A stretch of 62,096 bases of DNA, the filler included, from a bacterium (lineage in GTDB: Bacteria; JALSQH01): NCBI GenBank assembly GCA_027004335.1. It is 9 parts of 9 records of this genome, joined end to end, with 100 filler letters (N's around TTAATTAATTAA, not from the genome) between each part and the next. Parts side by side here need not be neighbours in the genome. Positions count along the whole stretch, not along the records: positions 43,439 to 58,759 come from JALTID010000017.1; positions 58,860 to 60,449 come from JALTID010000032.1; 7 more parts are not named here. One strand, given 5' to 3'. Numbering within the stretch: position 1 is the stretch's first letter; the number at the start of each line of letters is the position of its first letter. Shown here piece by piece: positions 48,736-58,906 of this stretch. The notes under the pieces were generated by a model. That model ran no database searches, was not told the DNA's origin, and worked only from the letters and a program-made list of their open reading frames with translations. The position numbers were made by a program, and so were the translations under genes.

Positions 48736-49438
48736 TTAACTTTAACTCTAATAGGACCCAGGAGATCCTTCAACAGAACCTTTTCCATCTCCTCATAATA
48801 TGGTCCAGTAATAACATCGTAAACCTATAAATCCATCCTCTTTCCTTTATTTTTTATCTTCTTTAATGAAGCTATATCCCACCCTATCCCGGGGATTTCG
48901 CTCACAAACCTTCCATTCATACAAGTTGTGAAAATCATTTATCAGTTTTACAGAAAAAGAGTCGGGGATAAGAAGGATATTAATTGTGGCAGGAAATTTT
49001 GCATAATCAGGATAAACATCCATATGAACATAATCTCTGGTTTCTTTCAGCAGTGAAGGAAAACTGTAACAGGCAATATGTACAAATCTCTTCCCTCCGA
49101 GTAGATTATTCCCTTCTACTTCCGCTGAGGATCTTTTAAGGAGTTTCCCTGGAGCCTTTTCTTTTGCGACGGTAAATTTAAAAACAAGCTCATCATTGGG
49201 AGAAAGAGTTCCTGGAAGGTTTAAAATGAAATGATCCTTTGCATCTTTTTATCCCACTGAAATGGAATCTCCTGAACTTCACCTATAAAAAAAAAAAAAA
49301 CTCTTAATTCAGAAAGAGGCTTGTCCAAGAAATTATCAGACTTACTTCCTCTTCCCCCACTAACTCTTATGGATTGGTAAGAAAAAGATGGGTAAGGCCC
49401 ATCAGAAAAAGCAGGAATAAATTTAACATCTGTTCCAT
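48720..49438 (-). pseudogene. Multiply frameshifted remnant of an exported protein gene
   Basis: Signal-peptide-like MEQMLNLFLLFLMGLTHLFL; then, across frameshifts, ELRVF...EIPFQWD / KDAKDHF...SPNDELVF (about 130 open codons, ~49250-48847) / GPIRV; own TTGACA-17-TATCTT promoter. Confidence 0.55.
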
Positions 49439-49460
49439 AAATTTAAAGATAAAACATGTT

Positions 49461-49489
49461 TTGAAATCTGTCAAGAAAGAGTATATAAT
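49461..49489 (+). promoter_or_regulatory. Sigma70 promoter of the Hsp70 paralog
   Basis: TTGAAA (49461-49466), 17-nt spacer, TATAAT (49484-49489), 11 nt before ATG 49501; no SD. Confidence 0.7.
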
Positions 49490-49500
49490 GAGAACTTGTA

Positions 49501-51246
49501 ATGGGTAAAATTGTAGGAATTGACTTGGGAACAACAAATTCTGCTGTTGCAATTGTGGAAAATGGCAGACCAAAGGTGATTCCCAGCCCCCAGGGAGATC
49601 CTGTAGTACCTTCAATGATTGCCTATGACAACAAAGGCCATCGCCTTGTGGGACATGCTGCCAAAAGGCAAATGGTTATAAATCCCAGAGACACTGTTCT
49701 AGGTGCCAAGAGGTTGATGGGAAGACACTACACTTCAAATGTTGTGAAGAAGGCAAAATTAAAATTTATGTATGATATTGTGGAAGGTCCCAGAAACGAA
49801 GCAGCAATAAGAGTCGCGGATTCCGTTCTTGATCTTACTGATGTTTCAGCACTAATCCTTGAAGAATTGAAAGAAACTGCACAGGATTATCTTGAGAAAG
49901 AGGTCGATAGAGCTGTAATTACAGTTCCAGCTTATTTTAATGAAAAACAGAGAGAAGCTGTGAGAATCGCAGGAGAAAAGGCGGGACTAAATGTCCTAAG
50001 AATAATAAACGAGCCCACGGCTGCAGCTCTTGCCTATGGGTGGGGCAAAAAACTCAATGAAAAAGTTCTGGTGTACGACCTGGGTGGAGGAACATTTGAT
50101 GTTTCAATCCTTGAGCTCTACGAAGAGGTTTACGAGGTTATAGCAATAGGTGGAGACTCCTTTTTAGGTGGAATGGATTTTGATCAGCGAATTGCAGAAT
50201 ATTTAGTTCTGGAGTTTAAAAAACAGACGGGTATCGATCTTAATAGCGACACCATTGCTATGCAAAGACTGAGGGATGCTGCAGAGAGAGCCAAAAAGGA
50301 TCTTTCTTCTCTGAAAGAAACGAGAGTTACTCTTCCTTTTATTACTGCAGATGAGAATGGAAAGCCGCTAAATTTAGAAATAGCTCTTACGAGAGAGAAA
50401 GTGGAAAAATTAACCTTGGACCTTATTAAAAGGACATTGAAAATAGTGCAACAAACCCTTGATGAAGTAAATCTCAAGCCTTCAGACCTAAGCGAAATTC
50501 TACTGGTGGGGGGACAAACCCGGATGCCCATTATTTCAAAGGCAATAAATGATTTTTTTGGAAAACCCCCTCAGAAGGGAGTTCATCCAGATGAAGTAGT
50601 TGCCATTGGAGCTGCAATTCTTGCCGATGCATTGGAAAAAGGTGATTCGCCTCTGGTCTTCGTTGATGTTCTACCGGTTTCAATTGGAATTGGACTCACG
50701 AGGGGAAAATTCAAGAGATTGATAAAGAAAAACACAAAGGTTCCTGCGGAGATTAAACAGGTTTTCAAGACAGTGAGAAATAACCAGCCTGCTGTAAAGG
50801 TAAAAATCTACCAGGGAGAGAGTGAAAAAGTGAGTGAAAATGAGTTCATTGGAGAATTTATCTTCCCCAATATAAGAAAGGCACCTGCAGGTCAGGTTAA
50901 AATTGAAATAACTTTCAAGCTTGACGAAGAAAGTATTCTCCATGTCTCCGCTGCAGATGTTGATACGGGGCAATCTGTAAATGCAGTTTTCAAAACTAAT
51001 GGCCTTGTAAGAAAAGAAACTTACAGATCCGATAAGATGTTTAAAAAGGAAAAAATCAGGCCTATGAGAAAAAAAGTGGAAAGCGCAGCGGAACAGCCAA
51101 AGCCTCTCACCAATGAAAGAAAAGAAGAAAAACCTCCTGAAAAATTTGAACCAGACCTCGGGCCAGCTACACACAAAACACCATCAAAGCCCCAGGAGGA
51201 GAAAAAGGGATTCTTCAAAAGAATCTTATCAATTTTCAAAAAATAA
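49501..51246 (+). CDS. Hsp70/DnaK paralog lacking the helical lid, with Pro/Lys-rich tail and amphipathic C-terminus
   Basis: GIDLGTTNS, TVPAYF, INEPTAAALAYG, DLGGGTFDVS, LVGGQTRMP, PDEVVA.GAA; SBD-beta NNQPAV; ends EKKGFFKRILSIFKK; no grpE/dnaJ adjacent. Confidence 0.9.
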   Translation: MGKIVGIDLGTTNSAVAIVENGRPKVIPSPQGDPVVPSMIAYDNKGHRLVGHAAKRQMVINPRDTVLGAKRLMGRHYTSNVVKKAKLKFMYDIVEGPRNEAAIRVADSVLDLTDVSALILEELKETAQDYLEKEVDRAVITVPAYFNEKQREAVRIAGEKAGLNVLRIINEPTAAALAYGWGKKLNEKVLVYDLGGGTFDVSILELYEEVYEVIAIGGDSFLGGMDFDQRIAEYLVLEFKKQTGIDLNSDTIAMQRLRDAAERAKKDLSSLKETRVTLPFITADENGKPLNLEIALTREKVEKLTLDLIKRTLKIVQQTLDEVNLKPSDLSEILLVGGQTRMPIISKAINDFFGKPPQKGVHPDEVVAIGAAILADALEKGDSPLVFVDVLPVSIGIGLTRGKFKRLIKKNTKVPAEIKQVFKTVRNNQPAVKVKIYQGESEKVSENEFIGEFIFPNIRKAPAGQVKIEITFKLDEESILHVSAADVDTGQSVNAVFKTNGLVRKETYRSDKMFKKEKIRPMRKKVESAAEQPKPLTNERKEEKPPEKFEPDLGPATHKTPSKPQEEKKGFFKRILSIFKK

Positions 51247-51679
51247 TTCTTAAACCAAATAACTTCGCCAGTCTGATCTTTTCCATAATAGGATAGTATG
51301 GATAAAAATCAAGCCTTTCTTCAATGAGGGATCTTAAAATTGTTATGCTTCCAAGTCCCACTGAAGTCATTGTTACATGGTCAGTTTTTACTACAATATC
51401 TCCTTCCTTAATATCATCGTAATCATACTGGAATTCGTAATTATCCTTTCCAAGTTTTACAATAAAAGGAGGAGCACCTTCAAGATCAGTTGGTAAAAAA
51501 ACAATTCTTCTTTTAGAATACTTTTTCAAAAATTTTCTCAGGAGTCTTGAAAGCCTTCTATTTTTACCTGAATAAATCTCTTGAAGTCTATCCTTTAGAT
51601 AGAGATTTATGGCATCCTCATAAAATGTGATATAATCTATTTTAAGCTCATGGGTTTTAACAAATTCAGAAAGTTTCAT
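51236..51679 (-). CDS. Hypothetical protein, possible SCP2-like lipid-binding fold
   Basis: Fills the gap between Hsp70 and spoIID; GDIVVKTDHVTMTSVGLGSITILRSLIEERL resembles SCP2 C-terminal patterns. Confidence 0.55.
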   Translation of the reverse strand: MKLSEFVKTHELKIDYITFYEDAINLYLKDRLQEIYSGKNRRLSRLLRKFLKKYSKRRIVFLPTDLEGAPPFIVKLGKDNYEFQYDYDDIKEGDIVVKTDHVTMTSVGLGSITILRSLIEERLDFYPYYPIMEKIRLAKLFGLRIIF

Positions 51680-53233
51680 ATTCTAAATTTTATTTTTTTG
51701 CTGCTTATCCGCAACTCTTTTTTACATGCTGATTCTGTTTTCATAGAAAGAGCAAGGAATTTAGTCTTAAAAGGTAATTTCACCGGAGCCATATCCTATC
51801 TAAAGAGCTGGGAGAAAGTTAAACTTTCTCCGGCTGATAAAGCTTCCCTCTACATTGAAGAGGGTAAGATATATCTTTACTATCTTCATTTCTCTTATGA
51901 GGCGGTCTATTCTTTTCAGAATGCTTTAAAATACGCCACTCCATATTCAAAAGAATATCTTCACGCATTTTTCGGATTATCACAGGCATATACAAAAGAG
52001 GGGAAGAAGAAAAAGGCTATGAGTATCCTCAAAAATCTCAAAAAGTTTTACTCAGGCAGACCAGAAATGGCCTCAATTGAATATATGATAAAGGAAATCA
52101 AAAGAATTAAGCACCCATACCGCCAGAAAGTCCCCAGAAAAGAAAAAAGGGTGAAAAAACTTAAAAGAATCCTTCCCGCCAATGTGATGATAAAAGTAAA
52201 AATCGGCAATGGAAGTCTCTGGAAAGACTTTGTGCCTTATGAACAAGAAAAAATTAGAATATATTTACCGGGTGGTGTATCTTCCGAAATGAAATGGGGG
52301 GAAAAAATAAACCCTGCTGACTTTCCCATGGGGACCACCATTACCATTTCATCTACTTCAGAAGTAGTTTATTTTAAAAAAAATCCTTACAGGGGAATCC
52401 TGATTCTTTTTCATAAACACTCTGCCTACTGGGAGGTGATTAACTTCCTTCCCATAGAAGATTATCTAAAAGGGGTCTTACCATGGGAAATCAGTCCATG
52501 CTGGCCAATGGAAACTCTTGAAGCTCAAGCTGTGGCAGCAAGGACCTACGCCCTTTACCACTTTTTTCAAAAAAATGAATATGATCTTGAATCAACTATT
52601 GTTTCCCAGGTATACAAGGGAATGAAAATAGAAAATCCAAGAACCAATCAGGCTATTCTCAAAACTAGAGGAGAAATCTTGACATACAATGAACTTCCAA
52701 TACTTGCCTATTTTCACTCCTGTGATGGAGGAATAAAAGAAATTCCCAAAAATGTATGGGGAGTAGAATTTCCATATTTCCGCAGAGGAATTGATCCATG
52801 GTGTATGAGACATCCTCAAAAGTGGAAAAGTGTCATCTCCTTGAAAGAGATAAATAAAAAGGTCAGAAAATCATACCCTTTTATCAGAAAAATCTATTCC
52901 ATTTCACTTCAAAAAGAAAATATGAGCGTGAGATATGTTCTTCTTCATACGACCGAAGGTGTGGTAAAGATAGGGGCAAATAATTTCAGATTGGCAATGG
53001 GTCCATCCATCATAAAAAGTGCGATTTTCTCAATCAAAAGGAGAAATAAAAGTTATATTTTTCGAGGCAGAGGATATGGCCATGGAGTAGGACTCAGCCA
53101 GTGGGGAGCTTATTATATGGCTGAAAAAGGCAAAAGTTATAGAGAAATCCTCTCCTTTTACTATCCAGGTACAAAAATAACCACAATAAAAAAATTATTT
53201 GAAAGGTTATCAATCTCATCTTCTTTTCCTTGA
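51650..53233 (+). CDS. TPR + SpoIID/LytB-domain peptidoglycan lytic enzyme
   Basis: Signal peptide; TPRs; YRG...IN.LPIEDYLKGV..E...W..E.L.AQAVAARTYA; SQVYKG; FHSC.GG; GYGHGVGLSQWGA; IL.FYY.G. Confidence 0.9.
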   Translation: MGFNKFRKFHILNFIFLLLIRNSFLHADSVFIERARNLVLKGNFTGAISYLKSWEKVKLSPADKASLYIEEGKIYLYYLHFSYEAVYSFQNALKYATPYSKEYLHAFFGLSQAYTKEGKKKKAMSILKNLKKFYSGRPEMASIEYMIKEIKRIKHPYRQKVPRKEKRVKKLKRILPANVMIKVKIGNGSLWKDFVPYEQEKIRIYLPGGVSSEMKWGEKINPADFPMGTTITISSTSEVVYFKKNPYRGILILFHKHSAYWEVINFLPIEDYLKGVLPWEISPCWPMETLEAQAVAARTYALYHFFQKNEYDLESTIVSQVYKGMKIENPRTNQAILKTRGEILTYNELPILAYFHSCDGGIKEIPKNVWGVEFPYFRRGIDPWCMRHPQKWKSVISLKEINKKVRKSYPFIRKIYSISLQKENMSVRYVLLHTTEGVVKIGANNFRLAMGPSIIKSAIFSIKRRNKSYIFRGRGYGHGVGLSQWGAYYMAEKGKSYREILSFYYPGTKITTIKKLFERLSISSSFP

Positions 53234-53294
53234 CAGATAATCCCTTTTTACTGTATAGTATATAGGAGCTACAGATATAAAAGGGGGAAAAAGT

Positions 53295-56090
53295 ATGTAT
53301 AGTTCATTTAAGATGGTAAAATTAATTTCCATATCGCTTCTTTTGCTTTTCCTTTTCAGTAACCAGGTTCCCGCCCAGGAAGGAGTAATATTAGGTACTG
53401 AGACACTCTCCACCGAAACAAATCCACCAGGGCCCGCTCTTCGACAACCTGCGGAGGAGGAATCTTCTGTAAAATTTTACAAAGGTGAAGCTCTCCCTTA
53501 TTATATGGGATCCAATCTTTACGGTGATTTTGGAATAATAAGAATACATTCAGCATATACTCCATATCCGGGATCTTTTTTCATAAATGGAAATTTAAGA
53601 TTCTGGAGTCAAAAGGATTATCTTGGAGAAGGAATGTATCATAAGAGACTTGAAACTTCCTCTGGTTTTGGGATAGCACTCACAAACTTTATCTATTTTT
53701 TCTTAAATGTTTTCAGCAGTTCCCATTATTACCAGAATACTCTTTTTTCCGGGAGCGTTCTTGAATCTTCAAGGCTTATTCAATCAAATGGTGATCTCCT
53801 CTGGGGACTAAAATTAGGCTATGATGCTCCTACAGTATTTTCATTTGCCTTTATTCCCTATTTCAAACTCTATTCCAAAATTTCAGAAATCGGTCCTGAT
53901 ACAAAAACTTTTTCCTATGGGAGCCTATTAGCATTCACCTTTGATCTATCCAGACAGGCACAACCAGTACCTCTCAGAATTCACCTTAATATAGGTTACT
54001 TTATGGATAACGCAGCAAAAATGGAGTTAGCAGGTTCAGAAAATATCAATAATGAAGCAGCACTGGGGATTCCCTATGATGACGATACAATAATCTGGGG
54101 AACTGGTTTTGAATTTCCCCAAAAATACTTTGAACTTTACCTTGAATACACAACAGAGCAATATTTTAACCTGAACAAGTCAACTTATCCTGGTAGTTCC
54201 GAACTTAAACCTTCAAGAAGTTATTCCCAAAATCCCCAAAGGATAACTCCTGGCGTCAGATTCTTTCCATACAAGGGATCATATATAGATTTTGCAGTTG
54301 ATCTCGGCTCCCCTCTTCTTGGATTTGGCAAGGGTTTTGATTACTTGGGTACAGGGAATAAAGAAGAGATAATGCCTAACTGGCAGTTTCTCGTTCAACT
54401 TGGTTATGCTTTTCAGCCTCCAAAGCCACAGCTTCCCAAAGAAGGTATGATCATTGGTACTGTTTATGATGCCGATTCAGGAAAGCCCATAGAGGGAGCA
54501 ATCATCAGTTTTCCTGGAAGGAATCTTACAGCTCTTTACTCAGATAAAAATGGTCACTTCTACTCATACAAGTTCCGAAAAGGTACTGTAGAAGTAAAAG
54601 CAGAGAAGAAAGGATATAAAACGGAAAGTAAGACTGCGATAATCGTTCCACTTAGAAGAATCCCCATAGTATTCAGGCTCAAACCTTCTATTAAGACAGG
54701 GAATTTAATAGTGAAAGTTTATTCACCTTCAGGTAAGCCGCTTTTTGCTACTCTGAACCTTACCAAGCCAGGAGGGGAAGAAATAGCAAAACAGACCACT
54801 GAACCGCAGACAGGAGCAGCTTCCTTCACTCTTGTTGAAGGAGAATATTATGGAACAGTTAAATCTGAAGGAATGGTGCCGGTCAAAGCGAAGTTCAAAG
54901 TAGTAAGAAGAAAGACAAAAGTCTATAGAGTGGTACTCAAACCTGCAATGGGTAACATCGCTGGAAAAGTAACCAATGAAAACAGAGAAGGGATCCCTGC
55001 TGTAGTATTCTTCACTGGTAAGAAAAATCTAAGAATTTCTAGTGACCCATTAACTGGTAACTACTCAACCAAGCTTCCCGCAGGGCGGTACACCATAAGA
55101 GCAGAAAGTAGAGGTTATGGAGCTTACTCAGCAACAGTTACAATTCCTGCAGGCAAATCTATTGTGCTCAATATTATTCTGAAGAAAATCAAATCTGCTG
55201 GTACCGTTGCAGGTACAGTGACTTCCATCAATGGTAAGCCCCTGGCAGGAGTGGTGCAATTTACTGGTCCTGTAACTCAGAGAGCTCCTACCGATCCATC
55301 AACAGGTACATACAAGATTCAACTTCCTGCAGGCACATATCAGGCAATGGCTGTAGTTTCGGGGTTTAAACCGAAAACTCAGCAAGTAGTTGTGGAGGTC
55401 GGGAAAACCACTCCATCTAACTTCGTGCTTGAACCTGCCCAGACGGTTGGAATAATAAAAGGAACGGTTTACGGGCTTGTTAAAAATAAGAAGAAACCTA
55501 TCCAGGCAGTAATCACATTTCCAGGTGAAACCATATCAAACATAACTTCCGATCCAGACACAGGCCAATTCGTTGCAAAAGTTCCTGCCAAGAAACTGCA
55601 GGTAAAAGCTGGTGCCATGAACTTCAAGTCTCGGATCAAAGAGGTAGAAGTAAAACCTGGACAAACTGTGGAAGTAACATTCGTACTGCAACCCTATAAG
55701 TTAATCAAAGTAACCAAGAAGAAAATTGTAATTAAACAGAAAATATACTTCCAGACGGCTAAAGCAATAATCAGACCTCGGTCATTTCCTGTTCTGGATG
55801 AAATCGTGCAGGTGCTGAAAGATAATTCCTGGATCAGACTGAGAATTGAGGGGCATACTGATAGTGTTGGTCCCGCTGAATATAATTTAAGACTTTCTCA
55901 GAAAAGGGCTAATGCTGTCAGGAATTATCTGATTGCACATGGTATTGATCCATCAAGACTGGAGGCAGTAGGTTATGGTGAGTCCAGACCCATTGCTCCA
56001 AATACCACACCTGAGGGTAGAGCAAAAAATAGAAGAGTTGAATTTGTAATAATTTCCCACAGCTTTGAAGAAACAGTTCCACAGAAATAA
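53295..56090 (+). CDS. Outer-membrane protein: N-terminal beta-barrel + 5 carboxypeptidase-regulatory-like repeats + OmpA peptidoglycan-binding domain
   Basis: Signal peptide; alternating aromatic strands ending VQLGYAF; five G.I.G.V...GKP...A repeats; IEGHTD..G...YN..LSQ.RA..V...GYGESRP...GR.KNRRVEF. Confidence 0.88.
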   Translation: MYSSFKMVKLISISLLLLFLFSNQVPAQEGVILGTETLSTETNPPGPALRQPAEEESSVKFYKGEALPYYMGSNLYGDFGIIRIHSAYTPYPGSFFINGNLRFWSQKDYLGEGMYHKRLETSSGFGIALTNFIYFFLNVFSSSHYYQNTLFSGSVLESSRLIQSNGDLLWGLKLGYDAPTVFSFAFIPYFKLYSKISEIGPDTKTFSYGSLLAFTFDLSRQAQPVPLRIHLNIGYFMDNAAKMELAGSENINNEAALGIPYDDDTIIWGTGFEFPQKYFELYLEYTTEQYFNLNKSTYPGSSELKPSRSYSQNPQRITPGVRFFPYKGSYIDFAVDLGSPLLGFGKGFDYLGTGNKEEIMPNWQFLVQLGYAFQPPKPQLPKEGMIIGTVYDADSGKPIEGAIISFPGRNLTALYSDKNGHFYSYKFRKGTVEVKAEKKGYKTESKTAIIVPLRRIPIVFRLKPSIKTGNLIVKVYSPSGKPLFATLNLTKPGGEEIAKQTTEPQTGAASFTLVEGEYYGTVKSEGMVPVKAKFKVVRRKTKVYRVVLKPAMGNIAGKVTNENREGIPAVVFFTGKKNLRISSDPLTGNYSTKLPAGRYTIRAESRGYGAYSATVTIPAGKSIVLNIILKKIKSAGTVAGTVTSINGKPLAGVVQFTGPVTQRAPTDPSTGTYKIQLPAGTYQAMAVVSGFKPKTQQVVVEVGKTTPSNFVLEPAQTVGIIKGTVYGLVKNKKKPIQAVITFPGETISNITSDPDTGQFVAKVPAKKLQVKAGAMNFKSRIKEVEVKPGQTVEVTFVLQPYKLIKVTKKKIVIKQKIYFQTAKAIIRPRSFPVLDEIVQVLKDNSWIRLRIEGHTDSVGPAEYNLRLSQKRANAVRNYLIAHGIDPSRLEAVGYGESRPIAPNTTPEGRAKNRRVEFVIISHSFEETVPQK

Positions 56091-56093
56091 ATT

Positions 56094-56118
56094 AAGGGGG
56101 ACCTGTTCCCCCTTCTTT
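56094..56118 (+). terminator. Hairpin (terminator or processing site) after the OmpA-domain gene
   Basis: AAGGGGGA-CCTGT-TCCCCCTT-CTTT, immediately before the coaE ATG. Confidence 0.6.
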
Positions 56119-56121
56119 ACT

Positions 56122-56706
56122 ATGAAAGTTATAGGCTTAACAGGTGGAATTGGCACCGGTAAAAGCACAGTAGCTGAATTATTTAGGAAAAGAGGAGTTC
56201 CAGTAATTAATCTTGACCAGATTGTAAGGGAGCTTCAAAAACCGGGGAGAGAAGTGTATAGAAAAATAGTTTTAGAATTCGGAGAAAAAATTTTAGAGGA
56301 GAACGGAGAAATAAACAGGAGAAAGTTAGGAGAGATTGTTTTTTCTGATGCTGGTAAAAGAGAAAAACTGAACAGGATAGTACATCCCCCTGTTCTTGAT
56401 AAGTTAAAAGATACTCTCTTTAATCATGAAAAACAGGGAGTATCATTAGTTATTGTGGAGATTCCCCTGTTATTTGAACTAAGACTTGAGAATCTTTTTG
56501 ACGCAGTAGTAGTAGTTTATGCTCCAGNNNNNNNNNNTGGTATAACAAAAAAAGGAGCAGAAGAAAGGATTAAAAGCCAGATGTCTATTGAAGAAAAGAA
56601 GAAAAAAGCAGACTATCTCATAGACAACTCAGGGACAATTGATTTAACTAAAAAGCAATTTGAAAGTATATATCAAAGACTTATAAACAAAACTGTAAAG
56701 GTGTAA
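56122..56706 (+). CDS. coaE: Dephospho-CoA kinase (spans a 10-N gap)
   Basis: IGLTGGIGTGKST, LN.IVHP, EIPLLFE, RI.SQM, ADY.IDNSG. Confidence 0.95.
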   Translation: MKVIGLTGGIGTGKSTVAELFRKRGVPVINLDQIVRELQKPGREVYRKIVLEFGEKILEENGEINRRKLGEIVFSDAGKREKLNRIVHPPVLDKLKDTLFNHEKQGVSLVIVEIPLLFELRLENLFDAVVVVYAPXXXXGITKKGAEERIKSQMSIEEKKKKADYLIDNSGTIDLTKKQFESIYQRLINKTVKV

Positions 56707-56708
56707 AA

Positions 56709-58759
56709 ATGAAAAGCAAACTAGGATGGAAATTCTCAATAACTGTGATTGTTACTGTTATAGTTATCTTCACCCTCTACACTTTTTTAATTCTAAAAAT
56801 CTTTTCCCATCAGTATATGGCATTAATTGATGACAAGGCTGGAAGCATATCAAAATTTATCCTTGATCCAGTTAAAAAGCAACTGTTGATGACAGATGGT
56901 GATTTACAGAGCTTATCAGCATTTGCCCTTGATTTAAAGAAGATATTAAAAAACAATAGGGAACTTACAACGATAGAGATTGTTGATCCTTCAGGTAGCA
57001 TATTATCTCATCCCGACATCAATGAAATAGGACACCCAATTAATCCAGAGCTTGCAAAGCTCCTTGAAGAAGGAGGAGAAGGTAAGAAATTCTTCATCTT
57101 TAACGGCTACTACAATTATTTCATACCCATCATCTACCCTTCAAAGGGGACAGTAGCCTATCTCCGTCTTGCTTTTAATTCCAGTTTCGTTAAAGAGGGA
57201 AGTAGAAAAATTATTATAGAACTCATAGTCATAAGTATCCTGTCGATTCTTTTTCTCTACTTCGCTATTGCCTTTCTAGTAAAAAGAAATATTACAGAAC
57301 CAGTGGGTACACTGGGAGAATTTGCCTACTCCATTTCCAGAGGAGATCTAACCGGAATAGTGGAGATAAAAACGGGAGATGAACTGGAAGAACTGGGAGA
57401 AGCCTACAACAGGATGATAACAGGTCTAAAATCTCTTATTATTAAAATTCTCACCCTTTCAGATGAGATACACCGTTTAATTTTTAAGACACAGGAAGAT
57501 TTTCAAAATCTCAAAATAAGAACAGATGAGCAAACGAATGTACTTTTGGATGCTGATAAATATCTTGAAAAGATAAAAACAGGAACTCAGGAAATAAACA
57601 CTCAAATTGAAGAATTATTTGTAACAATGCAGGAAACATCATCGTCGGTTTTAGAACTTGGGAGCACCAGTGAGGAAATTAAAAACAACATGGATAAATT
57701 AACTCAGGCTATAACTGAGATTACAGCAGGAATTGACGAAATAGCAGCCTCCATAAATCAGGTAAATAACAACCTGCAAAAGATGGTCTCTGACTCTGAA
57801 GAAATGTCCACCTCAGCAGCAGAGATCAGTTCATCAATTGAAGAAGTAGAAAGAATCACAAAACACAATAATGAGTTGACTAAAGAGGTTACTACGAATG
57901 CCGCTGAAGGTATGGAATCAGTGAAGAAAACAGCCGAGGGTGTTACAAAGGTAAAAACCTCAGTCAATGAAATTGCAAGGACCATTGAGAGGCTTCAGGA
58001 AAGATCTCAGGAAATTGGTACCATCATAATAGTTATAAATCAGGTAGCAGAAAGAACAAACTTATTGGCACTGAATGCATCAATCATAGCAACACAGGCT
58101 GGAAAGAGTGGAAAAAGTTTTGCAGTTGTCGCAGAGCAGATAAGAAACCTCTCTCAGAGAGTTTCAGCAAGCACCAAAGAAATTGAAAGTATTATCAAGG
58201 GAATACAGGAAGAAATACAATCTGCAGGGAACCAGGTTCAGGATACCCTGAAGGATGTGCTTATAGAAGAGGAGCTCACCACCGTTGCAGAAAATAGATT
58301 ACAAAAGATACTGGAATCTTCTCAAAAAACACTTGAAATGAGTGAGGTAATATTTCAGGCAATAAAGGAACAAACCTCAGGTAATAAGCTAATATGGGAA
58401 GCTTCAGAAAGAATCAATACTTCTGCACATGAACTTGCCAATGCGATTGAACAGCAGGCAGCTTCAAGCTCTCAGATTGCAAGAGCAACGGAGGAAGTGA
58501 AGGAGTTGAGTTCAATGATAAACCTTGCCACAAAACAGCAAGCGGAAAGTAATAAAATAGTAAGAGATTCAATAGAAAAAATAAATGAAACTTTGAAAAG
58601 AATCGGAGAAGAGTCAAAATCTCACTCCGTAAGCACAGAAAATATCTTTGAAATTATTCATAGGAACCTTGAATTAATCAAAGAAAACTATCAATTAACC
58701 ACTGATGTGTTTAAACAAATTGAAGCTCTTCAACAGAAGATAAAAGAACTGGCAAAAGA
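56709..58759 (+). CDS. Methyl-accepting chemotaxis protein (2 TM, HAMP, extended coiled coil; 3'-truncated)
   Basis: HAMP GDL...DELEELGEAYNRM; hairpin tip AERTNLLALNASIIATQAG..GK.FAVVA.QIR.LS. Confidence 0.92.
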
Positions 58760-58906
58760 NNNNNNNNNNNNNNNNNNNNNNNNNNNNNNNNNNNNNNNNN
58801 NNNTTAATTAATTAANNNNNNNNNNNNNNNNNNNNNNNNNNNNNNNNNNNNNNNNNNNNGATTTTAATAAGTCATACATCTTTTTAGAAGAAAAAGAGGT
58901 GTGCAG

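Noticed and set aside
49501-51246. Calling this gene the housekeeping dnaK
   Set aside because: It lacks the lid and acidic tail, has an altered linker and has no grpE/dnaJ/hrcA context, so no gene symbol was assigned.
51650-53233. SpoIID domain as evidence of sporulation
   Set aside because: SpoIID/LytB domains are widespread in diderm bacteria, and lpxC and OmpA indicate a Gram-negative envelope.
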